DNA of 64,000 bases from Chrysomallon squamiferum (taxonomy: Eukaryota; Animalia; Mollusca). The stretch covers positions 32,736,001 through 32,800,000 of the forward strand of contig CM022665.1 of the NCBI GenBank assembly GCA_012295275.1. The letters are read 5' to 3'. A model generated the notes under the pieces. It saw only the letters and a list, made by a program, of their open reading frames with translations, had not been told where the DNA came from and did not search any database. The translations under genes were made by a program, and so were the position numbers. Positions 1 through 11,681 of the stretch are shown one piece after another; within the stretch, counting starts at the first letter, position 1, and the number at the start of each line of letters is the position of its first letter.

Positions 1-1517
1 TGTAACATATCATTAAAACATAATAAATCTTGTCTAGGTAATGTAATAGAAATATTCACTTATTTGCTGTTTAGTGCTGTTCAGACAATTACTTAATGAG
101 AAGTTTCAAAAGAACAACAATCAAACAATGATTTTTAATTAGCTGTTATATCTTCAGGAAGTCCTATCAGTGACATAAGGAGAACACTCTTATCATGCTC
201 AGGTAACAATCAAAGATCAACAGAGAACTTTATGTATGCTGTACCTTCCATATCCAATAAGCATCAATTTGTATGTTCAGATAAAATTAAAAAAAGTATT
301 ACTTCTATATTTCTGCATTTAATAAAAATGCATTTTACTGAAAGCAGCTAAGAAGTACTGATGTTATAAATGAAAAGGGGAAGAAAGAAACTCAAAGTTT
401 GTGTCAAACAAACAAAATATATTTGATATTTTGATTTTTACTTATATTATTTTTTATTATTTTATATTTCTATTTTGTGTGCACACACACACACATCCAC
501 ACACATCATTAAGTAAATGCATTAAGTATGTATGAAAAAGTAAGAAAAGAATAAACAAATCTGTAAGTTAGAACTTCTCTAATACAAAGATGGTAAACAA
601 AACAAACTAAAATGAGCTATAATAAACATACTACATATCTTTATAACTACCTCCAGACACATGTACTGTAATGAGTTTAGATATGATAAGCTTTTATTTA
701 TAAAACTGACTTCTGTTTCTATAACTTATATTAGTGCTTATTCCATAAAATATAAATAAAAAGATGCTGATGTTTATCAATTAGTAACTAAGATTGCTGT
801 TACTTTCTGCATGGATGAAAGTCAATTACATGCTTATGATGTTCTCATTAATTATACAATGTATGAAATCAAATAGATTTCCTCACATTATGCCTGATTA
901 ACTATTTTTGTGTTACTTTCAGTTCTACTTTAAGAATACACTCATAATCACCCATAACCTCTGAAAAGCATATCAACTGGATACATATTTTTTCGAAAAT
1001 ATACAAATTTTACAATGTTTTACTAAGTTAAATTGACTATATAACAAAATATTATTTTATTAGGCTGAACATACATTTAAATTCACTTTTCATTAACATG
1101 AACTTTTAAAATATTTCTGATACATAAATTTATTAACTTTAACACATCAAGTAATAAGTACTGATTATTTCTTAATATTACTAAAAACCATTACTGCAAG
1201 GGAAAATAGTATCTGTCACTTTCTGTAGACATCTTAATCCTATCAGAAAGAAAATTAGCTTACGAAAGAATCTACTCATGCTAAAACTTTGTAAATGAAA
1301 GGACGAGGTGTTATTTCTAATCTGGTGTACATTATCCAGCCCATTATAAAATCTATTTTAAACATTTATGAAGTGAAGCTGAATTCATTAACAAACCTCT
1401 ATATATTTATAGCTTCTAATAGTTTTCCTACAGCATGAAGAATTTATTTCTTAATAAAAAGATGTATGTTAACTATACTTGAATAAATCACTTTTACAAA
1501 GAAACATCTTTGCTAAC

Positions 1518-1641
1518 CTGAGTTGAGACTGTCAAGTTTCAGTGGAAGCCCAATCTGTATGGCTGCTATCAACTTTAGTGCAATGTAAAACTGGCTCCTT
1601 CCAAAATGTCCTAATCGCTTGGCTCCACACAATTCTGTGAT
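1518..1641 (-). CDS. REPS1: REPS1/REPS2 coding exon 2 (rest of the N-terminal EH domain); gene continues off the left edge of the window
   Basis: Acceptor ttatcacag|ATC. Translates [41 protein letters not shown](G), matching REPS1 [29 protein letters not shown]. Donor CAG|gttagc. In phase with exon 1 across a 17-kb intron (1642-18697). Not in the ORF track. Confidence 0.93.
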
Positions 1642-1991
1642 CTGTGATAAAAATTTAAAAAAATACATAAAAAAATTATAAAATTTGTAATAAAATTATT
1701 AACATAAACATTAATGTATGAAATAAAGAATGGACATCAAAAATCGTATTTTATATAATGTTTAAAATATGTCAGAACTTTTTTTTATAAAACCTTTTTG
1801 GAAATTGTTTTTAAAATCACTGGAAAATCAGTTTGATTTTACGAGGACAGTCACATTTTTAACACTATGTATACATTTAATAAATTCGTCCCTGAAAGAA
1901 GACATGTAGTTAACATATATATATAAAATCTTAATTAAGTAGATAGCATGATTAAATGTAAACTGTTAGTTTTGCTTTATACAGAAATATC

Positions 1992-2045
1992 ACTATCACA
2001 ATAAACAACCAAACAGAAACTATCACAATAAACAACCAAACAGAA
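1992..2045. repeat. 27-bp perfect tandem duplication
   Basis: ACTATCACAATAAACAACCAAACAGAA occurs twice. Confidence 0.85.
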
Positions 2046-3994
2046 ATTATCTTACATATCTGTAAATAAAACAACGCATAATCACATACATATAATTCAT
2101 AAACAAATGAAAATGTATGATAATTAGATGATAATGACTATTGTTATAAACAGCAGTCAACTCTAGTATTCAAGTAGTTAATATTTTGTCCAAGTAAAAT
2201 GGTTCAGTTAAGAAATGATAGAGCATTAGTGACAGAATACATAAAAAGCTGTGAAACTGGTTTATTCATTAAACTTTTTTTTAATATTTTTTTTATTTTG
2301 TCATATTCCAGTTGTGAAATCATGAAATATTGTAAGATTTGTGATATTTTTTTATTTTGTTTGTGTAGTCATGAAGCAACTTATAAACACACACACAGAA
2401 CAAAAAAGCTTTCAAGACATATTTTGTCTTAAATTTATACCAAGTAAATGCTTTACCCAAGCTTATGTTTTTCTTTTAAAATTAACATAATAGATTGTGC
2501 TTATTCAGATTTTCTGCTGTACCCTCAGTGTTGACACTACTATTTCACAAATATGGACTAAAGTCTAAAATTACAAAAGTAACTGTAGCAAGCTTGAGAC
2601 AGCTAATAACTAAGCTTGTGACTAATTCTGGATTCTGGCTATACAAAGTGTATGACATTTAGCGTCTTTTGTAAATGTCAGTATTGATTAACAACCACAT
2701 GAAATCTAAACATGTATAATTTCGAGACACTATACTTTTTCAGTGACATCCATGTGATGTAGGAAGTATATTATTTTATTATTCTCAATTCAGAATGTTT
2801 CAGAAGAATGGAAATTGAATAAGAAATAGAGCAAAGACTTAGACTTCAAAGTAAAATTCAAGAATCGTAACATTTTTCTTTGAACCATGTAATGTGGGAA
2901 TTTATATTACTACATCATTATAAATAATCAATATCCTTACACTGAAGGAAATTTCAGTTCCTGAACAGAGCAATCAAAATTAATATTAAACAAGTCACTG
3001 TTTATGGACATTTTCAATAAAATATACTAAGAAACATATCTAATGATCTGTATTCCCACTCTGTATGTCTGTATGTGTGTTTATATATTCATATACTTAT
3101 GTATGTATCAATTTGCATGTGCTATTAGTGTAACAGATTTTGTTTTAAAAATCCTTTTAAATTAAAACATGATGCTTATTAAGCGAAATAATTTCTTTCT
3201 AAATTAATTTCATCTTAGACATAGCAAATATTTCTCTTCTGAAATCCTTTTTTAGTATAACAAAATGAGAATATCTGAATTAAGTTAAATTTCAATACAT
3301 GCTAACAAAAAATAGGTTTGTATTATTCTCATTAAATATCTTAAATACACTGTACTAATGCTTTCGGGTCATTCCATGTCAAATCACCCAATGGGTTAAA
3401 CCTGACCGTCTCAGGTTGTTATGAAACTCGGTATACTTGTTGACTGGGAGATATGGCCCCCCCAAATTTTGAGATTTTTGGCCAAAATTGGCGTGACCAC
3501 CAATCTTTCAACCCTCATATCTCGGGAACTACTGGGCCAATCTTCATAAAATTGGTATTGTTGAAAAGACAATATGACAAGGTTTCCAAATCAGCCATTG
3601 TTGTTTAGTATGACCTTAAAATTGACCTTGTTGATCACATGACCTTGAGATAACTTGTGGGAAATTAAATTTCAAGAAAAATTAACTAGACATATAAAAG
3701 TTTCCTGGGTGTAATATTTTTTGTTTAGCCACAATATAGATTTAAAAAATGCATACTTGCACAGATGATTGATACAATGCATTACAATGTACGTTTTCTA
3801 CATATATAGACACTTCTCGGAGACCAAAAACTCATCTTTGGAGTCAAAATCCACCTGTTATGTCTGAAGGATATGAAAAGATTCCAAATGGCATGACATG
3901 TTCTACACAAAAAGGGTTAACAGGATGTGTAGCTTCAGGCATGCCAGGAACTCCTTGAAATCCCCTGGTGAAATCCCCATTAAACACATGGCAA

Positions 3995-4390
3995 TTAATT
4001 ATTATTATAATTCCCTCTAGACTATTACTACTACTACTACCACCACCACCACTGGTATTACTTCTATCATCACCTGTACTTCTACCATTACTACAGTTAC
4101 TAATGGACTATTACTACTTTTATTATTAGAACAACTATTACCGTCACCATCAGAGCCACTTTTATTATTACAAATACTGTTACTACCTCTACTACTACTA
4201 GCATCACCATTATATCAATAACTACTACAATAGCCATTTCTTATTTTGCTACTTCTACAGACACTACTTCTTCTACTACTAGCACTGTAATTAATCCTAC
4301 CACTTCTTCTAGTACTACTAATTATACTAATACTCACTCTACATTACTATTACATCTCCTACTACCTATTACCACTACTACTACTACTAC
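3995..4390. repeat. Degenerate (ACT/ATT/ACC)n trinucleotide low-complexity tract inside Sola2 copy 1
   Basis: About 400 bp of ACTACT/ATTACT/ACCACC-type triplets replacing the transposase interior. Confidence 0.85.
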
Positions 4391-4591
4391 ATCGTTCGTT
4401 TCATGCACTCTCATGGACCTTCTAAGCTATTTCACTGGCCAAACAAAGAAGACACTTGTTGGATTAGTGAAGGGGACATCATCTGTATCATTGATACACC
4501 TTCTAGTGCAACTTCTCGACAGATGTACTCTCTGTGTAAAAATGATGGTGCTAGAATTGCAAGACTATGGGGGAAGTGGGTGACTAAATGA
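4391..4591 (+). pseudogene. C-terminal remnant of a Sola2-type transposase
   Basis: IVRFMHSHGPSKLFHWPNKEDTCWISEGDIICIIDTPSSATSRQMYSL matches the FMHPxGPxxxFxWPxxEDxCWV...P...R.Y motif I recall at the C-terminus of this transposase family. It lies inside the TIR-bounded element. Confidence 0.7.
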
Positions 4592-5834
4592 TTCTGTGAC
4601 TGCTGAACTGGTGAGAAGACAATGAGGGAAGTTGTTTGATATCATATAATCATAGCATGTAGGCCTACAATGTATTACTTGTTGATCAAGAGTTGGTGAT
4701 TCCTAGTATCAGGAACGGGTCATTCAGGTTTTAGCTAATCAGATGTTAATGGAAGAAAAGGTGATATTTTCATGGACATGCAATTTTTTAATGTGTGTTG
4801 CTGCTAAACAAAGAATATTACAAACCTGAAACTTTGTTAACATGTGGGAGATTATATTTCAAGAAAGGTCATGTCAAGGTCATGTGATCCCCAAGGTTAA
4901 TGTCAAGGTCATAACAAACTGACCAATAATGGCAAATTTGGAAACATTGTCATAATTGCCTTTTCAACAATACCAATTTTATGGAGATTGGCCCAGTAGT
5001 TCCTGAGATATGAGGGTTGAAAGGTTGGTGGTCACACCCATTTTGGCCAGTCAGGTTTAAAAATGTGGTTTTTTTTGGTGATTTGACATGGAACGACCCT
5101 TTCCAAAATACACTGTATTGTACTTATCAGCAAAATTATTTTCCATCTCCAGCTTGTGAATACATGTACATAATGTGATCTTCCAACTTTAAAAGGGAAA
5201 ATCCACTGTTTCAAACAACTAAGTATATTTGCTTTGATGTGTGAATGTATAATTTTACACCCTACATAGGATATAAATTACTAGTGGTATATCCAATAAT
5301 GATATTTTGACAAGACAATCAATTTTACAGTTAACTATGGTGAATGCATAATAACTGTCACTTTAGCAAAATCAGCCAGAAAAGTGTTTGACAATAAATA
5401 TTTATCAGTAATTATGACATGAAAGGCTATAATTATGCTGCATAAATATTATGCAGTTGTTCCAGTGAGGAAAAAAAACAAATGAACAAACATCAGTGAA
5501 TCAACATTTTGAAAATGTAACAATGTATTTGCCCAAATATTAAGACATAATTGTTTTTCTTCATTCATGAATTTTATCTCTTACTCAGTTTCTCTATCAC
5601 TTCATATTACAGAGGTCTGATTAATTTTAGTTATTATTTTTAAATACTGTTGATGTCTTCTGGTGTTTTGGTCGAGTTGTTGTTGTCAGCTTTATAGTAC
5701 CATATTGAATTATTTAATTAAAGTTCATTTTATATATATAAAAGAAAAGTTTTAAGCCTTTTGTATGTTAGGTAAATCAAAACTTTTATCACTTAAGGAG
5801 CCTTCTACATTTCATATATGTACAAAGATAATAT

Positions 5835-6585
5835 GGGTCATTCCGTGTCAAATCACCCAATGGTTTAAACCCGACCGTCTCAGATTTTTATGAAACTTGG
5901 TATACTTGTTGACTGGGATCCCACAGCACCAAATCTGAAATGTTAGCCCAATCAGACCAGTGGTGTGGGAGATATGGCCCACGGAATGTCTTACTCGATG
6001 ATCAAGAGAGATGGTGATTCCTAGTATCCAGAATTGATCATTCAGGTTTTAGTCAATCAGATGTTAATGGCTGAAAAGGTGTTATTTTCATGTATGTGCA
6101 TTTTTTAAATCTATATTGTGGCTAAACAAAAAATATTACACCCAGGAAACTTTTATATGTTTTAGTTAACATGTGGGAGATTAAATTTCAGTAACGGTCA
6201 TCTCAAGATCACATGATCCACACAGTCAATTTCAAGGTCATAGCAAAGGTCAAAAGGTCAAGGTACTCCAATATTTTCCAAACTAAACAAAAATGGCAGA
6301 TTTGGTATCCTTGTCATTTTGCCTTTCTAACAATACCAATTTTATGAAGATTGGCCCAGTAGTTCCTGAGATATGAGGGTTCTAAGGTTGGTGGTCACAC
6401 CCATTTTTGGCAAAAATCTCAAAATTCCGTGGGCCGTATCTCCCACACCACTGGTGTGATTGGGCTAACATTTCAGATTTGGTGCTGTGGGATCCCAGTC
6501 AACAAGTATACCAAGTTTTATAAAAATCTGAGACGGTCGGGTTTAAATTTCTTTTTTTGGGGGGTGATTTGACACGGAATGACCC
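5835..6585 (+). mobile_element. Sola2-like MITE, copy 2 (751 bp)
   Basis: GGGTCATTCCGTGTCAAATCACCC ... GGGTGATTTGACACGGAATGACCC with TSD ATAT/ATAT. About 150 bp of the 5' arm is fused at about 5985 to about 600 bp of the 3' arm. Near-identical to the arms of copy 3. Confidence 0.88.
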
Positions 6586-8823
6586 ATATACATTGTCCAG
6601 GAACTTGAGAACTTCAAAGTATGTTTAGTTTAAAGGTGATCCAATTTTTCCTGCTTATCAGTCTCATGCAGAAAGCAAATGAGGCTACATATACATATTA
6701 ATAAATACATATGTATATGTGTTTTAAAAAGAAAAGCACAACCTATCCCAAAACTAACAGATCTCATTACATTATTGTTTTCTTTGTTGATGGTTGTTCT
6801 ATCTTTAGTTTATTTATCAGATATAATCAATATACAAAAGTTTCTTTTTTCACTTCTTTTAATTTTTAAGGTTTAAAAAATACCTTTCAGATTTTTTCAA
6901 GTCATTGTATGAACCCAAACAAAAAGTAATTGCAAAGTATAAGTGAAACAGTTAAATCTGTTCTTTTCTATATCAAACCATTTAAAAAAAAGAAATATGA
7001 ATGCACATATTAATAGAAAGAGTTAAACATCTCTATATGGACTGACACACAAACAGTACAATGACAACAAAAACATAATTATGTACACTCAATTTAAATT
7101 TTTTTAAATTGTAAAATATTAATCTTGATAGAGCAAAAAAGTGAAAAATAAAAAAATATATTTTCTACATAAAAGACACTGTATTTCACACTAATCTGGA
7201 TTCATTCTTATGATATATAATTTGTTATAACTCACCTGACATAAAAAATGTCAAAGTTAAACCCAACAATTTCCAGATTCTCTGGGTTTATTATTGTAAA
7301 CAACTCAGTTTGTAAAGTACACACAAAACTCTTTTTCAGATACTTTTATTTTCTTTATTTACACACAAGGAAACAGTACTTAGTCTGTTCAGCATTAACA
7401 ATTAAAATATTAATTATCAATTTAAAAAAGTGTTAATAATATCTGTTTTGTAATTAACAGAAGAAAAAAAAGAAAAAGATGTTAAAGATAAAGCAGTAAT
7501 AAACAAACAGTAATTAGATGTAACTTTTTTCAAAAGCATTTCAACATGATACAAATGTCTTTCTGATTGTGTTTATTCTGATAGACCAGAATAACAACAT
7601 TATAAATTGTACAGTACATATAGCAAATATACAGTTGTATAATTGCTGTTATAACAGAACAGTTATTTGTTTTTTCCTGCTGTACAGACAAAATACATTT
7701 GTCAAGAAGGCTTTACTAGTCTCACATTTCTGTGAGTGTTAAAATCATTTATTTTTGCTTGGACAGATTTTTTGTTTCAGTTAACACTGACTTCATTGTT
7801 CACATCAGGCTGGGATTGTTTGTTTTAAGTTCTGTCTAAAGGGGTAACAGACCTAGTGTGATGTAAACATTCTCCATGGACACACCTGTAGATAGGGAAA
7901 CAATACATGGGAAGTGAAACAGGAAAAGATATAAAACAGCTGTTTTGTTTTTACAATAGTTTCAGTTCAGTTGAGAGCTGTTTATTTTTAAAAGTCTCTA
8001 GATATGTCTTATGAAAATATTGTTGATATCAGTAGTTGAAAACATGAACAGTTATTTATTCCTTTTAGTTTCTTAAAACACACACAAGCAAAGGCCTACA
8101 GAGTTAATAACACACAAGGAAAGGCCTACAGAGTTGATGTTTATTTTAAGTAAAATGAAAGGATGAAGTTACAGATTGCTAAATTATTATTTTTTAAAGG
8201 TTGCAAACTGGTAATTTATACATCCATTTTTTGTGTGCTTTTTCAGTACATGACAAATCTAAAAATAAAATATACTAAGACATTGTTTCCAATTGCTTAC
8301 TATATATCCAGTTATCTGTATTTCTGTGTTTATGCAAGCATGCATTTATCACTATTTATATTTAAAACAACCACATCCTTAATACAAAATCCTTCATTAT
8401 TCCATTCTGTTCTTCATACCATCTTTTTATTTTATTTATTTACTTTCTATCATTCACATTAAACATATTAGGATTTTTGTTTACTAATGATATTAAAAAA
8501 TTAGGTCAAACTGAATTACCTCTAAACATGACAGATAATACAGTTTTGACATCATCAAAAACATAGCTGTTATTACATGCCACATTGATATACTGCTATT
8601 GTAACTAATACCATGAACAGATCACATTACTAGTAACACAATAATAAATATATATACTTAACAAATGTCATTAATCCTGTCTTAAATTAGCCATCAACAT
8701 TGCAAAACAATATTTCACAATAAACATAATACCAGTGGTGTGTGTTTGTAGATGATGGTAGCACAACATAGTTACCAAATATTTAATATAATGTTTAATA
8801 TAAGTAAACATCAAAATATATAT

Positions 8824-11681
8824 GGGTCATTCCGTGTCAAATCACCCAAAAAAAAAAGAAATTTAAACCCGACCGTCTCAGATTTTTATAAAACTTGGTA
8901 TATTTGTTGACTGGGATCCCACAGCACCAAATCTGAAATATTAGCCCAATCAGACCAGTGGTGTGGGAGATACGGCCCACGGAATTTTGAGATTTTTGCC
9001 AAAAATGGGTGTGACCACCAACCTTAGAACCCTCATATCTCAGGAACTACTGGGCCAATCTTCATAAAATTGGTATTGTTAGAAAGGCAAAATAACAAGG
9101 ATACCAAATCTGCCATTTTTGTTTAGTTTGGAAAATATTGGAGTACCTTGACCTTTTGACCTTTGCTATGACCTTGAAATTGACCGTGTGGATCACGTGA
9201 TCTTGAGATGACCTTTATTGAAATTTAATCTCCTCCCACATGTTAACTAAAACATATAAAAGTTTCCTGGGTGTAATATTTTTTGTTTAGCCATAATATA
9301 GATTTAAAAAATGCACATACATGAAAATAACACATTTTCAGCCATTAACATCTGATTAACTAAAACCTGAATGATCAACTCTGGATGCTAGGGATCACCA
9401 TCTTTCTTGATCATCGAGTAAGACACTGTAGGCCTACATGTATGCATAAAGTTCACATAAATTTGAGAGAACTAGGTGTTTCTGATGCTTAACCTTCTCA
9501 CTATGTTTGTTTCAAATGCTCACTGTATCCTTCATTCCCAGACACATTCTACTGTTCTCATCACTTTCATAAAATTGGATTATTTCCTCCTTCAATTCAT
9601 TGTCCTTTCAATGGTAAAGGGTGACAAAATCAAGATTTGCACACGCGCTCTGTGTAGGATTCAGACATTAAGATGTCATTTTAATGTTACTGTAGCTGAT
9701 GCTAGTTTTTTTCTGTCCTTTCATTCATTTACTGGAATGCGCTAGTGAATGGAGTTTGACAGGAGTTTCGCCTAAACTCAACAGAATAGAATTCAAATCA
9801 AAGTCCTTTTCTAGGGAAACAACAACCAGTGGTTTGTCTGGCAAGTTATCACCAAATTCTCCCATTGTAATACCACCCATACTAAAGCCATCCTCTGCAG
9901 GACCTTTGATTTCTGAAGGGTAATCAGACAGTCACAGCACAACTTGTCTCCTGGCACTAGTGTCTTTGGAGGATTTACTAAGCATTTGTAAGTGCCCATG
10001 CTAACAATTCTTAAAGATCTAGTGCGTGCTTGCTCAGGGTGGCGATTAAGGGGATCACAACAGTTTTTCTGCGATGTTGAAAATTTGATGAAAAGTTCTT
10101 GTTCATGATACTCTTGATGTCCCGGGTTTTGATCCCACTTCAAAGAGTGAGGAGTTCGATTTCCTCAGTTTTCCATACACTTCGCAACAACTCCTTTTTG
10201 ATATGATGGTGTTGATAACACACATTTTCAGGAGAGTTAAAGCTGCAGTTAGCTCTGGAAGAAATAAGGATTTTCAGTATTGGCCTGCACCTTCAATTCA
10301 ATAGAACAAAGTCAGTGCTTTCCTAAATATTAAATCAAATCCTGAAACCCTTTCAGTAAAGTTAAGCAGGTCATAAAATGGCAGCAGAGTACATGTGTTA
10401 TTGCCAAAGGCCCACAAGTCTTGGGCATTTATGTCAATCTTCTCAAGTATAAATCACAGTTTATTAAGGTGAAGTAGACCTTGTTCATACTCTGTGCCGA
10501 AGACTGGGTGTACAAATACATTATGCAGTACATCACTTGATGATGTCTGATTTCAGACTGGGTTGTACTGTTGTTGACTGAAGCCTTGTTCAAAACCAAT
10601 GGCAAGGCCCACATGACATGATACAATTACTTAATAGGTTTTATGAAATAAAAATATTGTTTATGTATCAACATCTGACATTGTGTCCAACTTAAAAAGC
10701 TTCAGATTGTCAAAGAAATGCAGATGAAGAAACTTCTTTGTCTTAAACTTCAAATTACCATGTGCTCAATGGGGATTGCACCAGGGAATCTAAAGGACTT
10801 CCTGACCTGCCTGAAGCATCACTTCCTGTTAACCCTTTGAGCCTGATTGTGTAGAACATGTCATGCCATTTGGCATCTTTTCCTATCCTTCAGGCATTCC
10901 TTCAGACATGTCAGGTGGGTTTTAACTCCAAAGATGAATTTTTAGTCTCAGAGAAAATGTACATTGTAATGCATTGTATCAATCATCCATGCAGGTATGC
11001 ATTTTTTTAAATCTGTATTATGGCTAAACAAAAAATATTATACCCAGGAAACTTTTATATGTGAACTTTATGCATACATGTAGGCCTACAATGTCTTACT
11101 CGATGATTAAGAGAGATGGTGATTCCTAGCATCCAGAATTGATCATTCAGGTTTTAGTTAATCAGATGTTAATGGCTGAAAAGGTGTTATTTTCATGTAT
11201 GTGCATTTTTTAAATCTATATTGTGGCTAAACAAAAAATATTACACCCAGGAAACTTTTATATGTTTTAGTTAACATGTGGGAGATTAAATTTCAATAAA
11301 GGTCATCTCAAGATCACGTGATCCACACGGTCAATTTCAAGGTCATAGCAAAGGTCAAAAGGTCAAGGTACTCCAATATTTTCCAAACTAAACAAAAATG
11401 GCAGATTTGGTATCCTTGTCATTTTGCCTTTCTAACAATACCAATTTTATGAAGATTGGCCCAGTAGTTCCTGAGATATGAGGGTTCTAAGGTTGGTGGT
11501 CACGCCCATTTTTGGCAAAAATCTCAAAATTCCGTGGGCCATATCTCCCACACCAATGGTCTGATTGGGCTAATATTTCAGATTTGGTGCTGTGGGATCC
11601 CAGTCAACAAGTATACCAAGTTTCATAAAAATCTGAGACGGTCGGGTTTAAACCATTGGGTGATTTGACACGGAATGACCC
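8824..11681 (-). mobile_element. Sola2-like DNA transposon, copy 3 (2.86 kb, inverted arms of about 630 bp, deleted transposase)
   Basis: Same termini, TSD ATAT/ATAT. 8824-~9458 and ~11058-11681 are near-perfect inverted copies. Orientation is opposite to copies 1 and 2, judged by the asymmetric A-tract next to the terminus. Confidence 0.9.
9440..10240 (-). pseudogene. N-terminal half of a Sola2-type transposase, frameshifted with stops and an internal deletion
   Basis: Minus-strand fragments ELLTL*SGI..YHEQELFIKFSTSQKNCCDPLNRH..LVPGDKLCCDC, GETPVKLHSL and ELKEEIIQFYESDENSRMCLGMKDTVSI*NKHSEKVKHQKHLVLSNLCELYAY. The last matches the FYxxDxxSRxxPGxKDxVS...QKRLxLxNLxELY motif. Confidence 0.78.

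Larger units (their letters stand above)
3366..5099 (+). mobile_element. Sola2-like non-autonomous DNA transposon, copy 1 (older and more diverged)
   Basis: Termini GGGTCATTCCATGTCAAATCACC ... GGTGATTTGACATGGAACGACCC with 4-bp TSD TTTC/TTTC and long imperfect TIRs. Retains the transposase C-terminus at 4391-4591. Confidence 0.8.

Noticed and set aside
3995-4390. Thr/Ser-rich mucin-like coding sequence
   Set aside because: The frame shifts and stops, there are no splice signals, and it lies inside a transposon. It is a degenerate trinucleotide tract.
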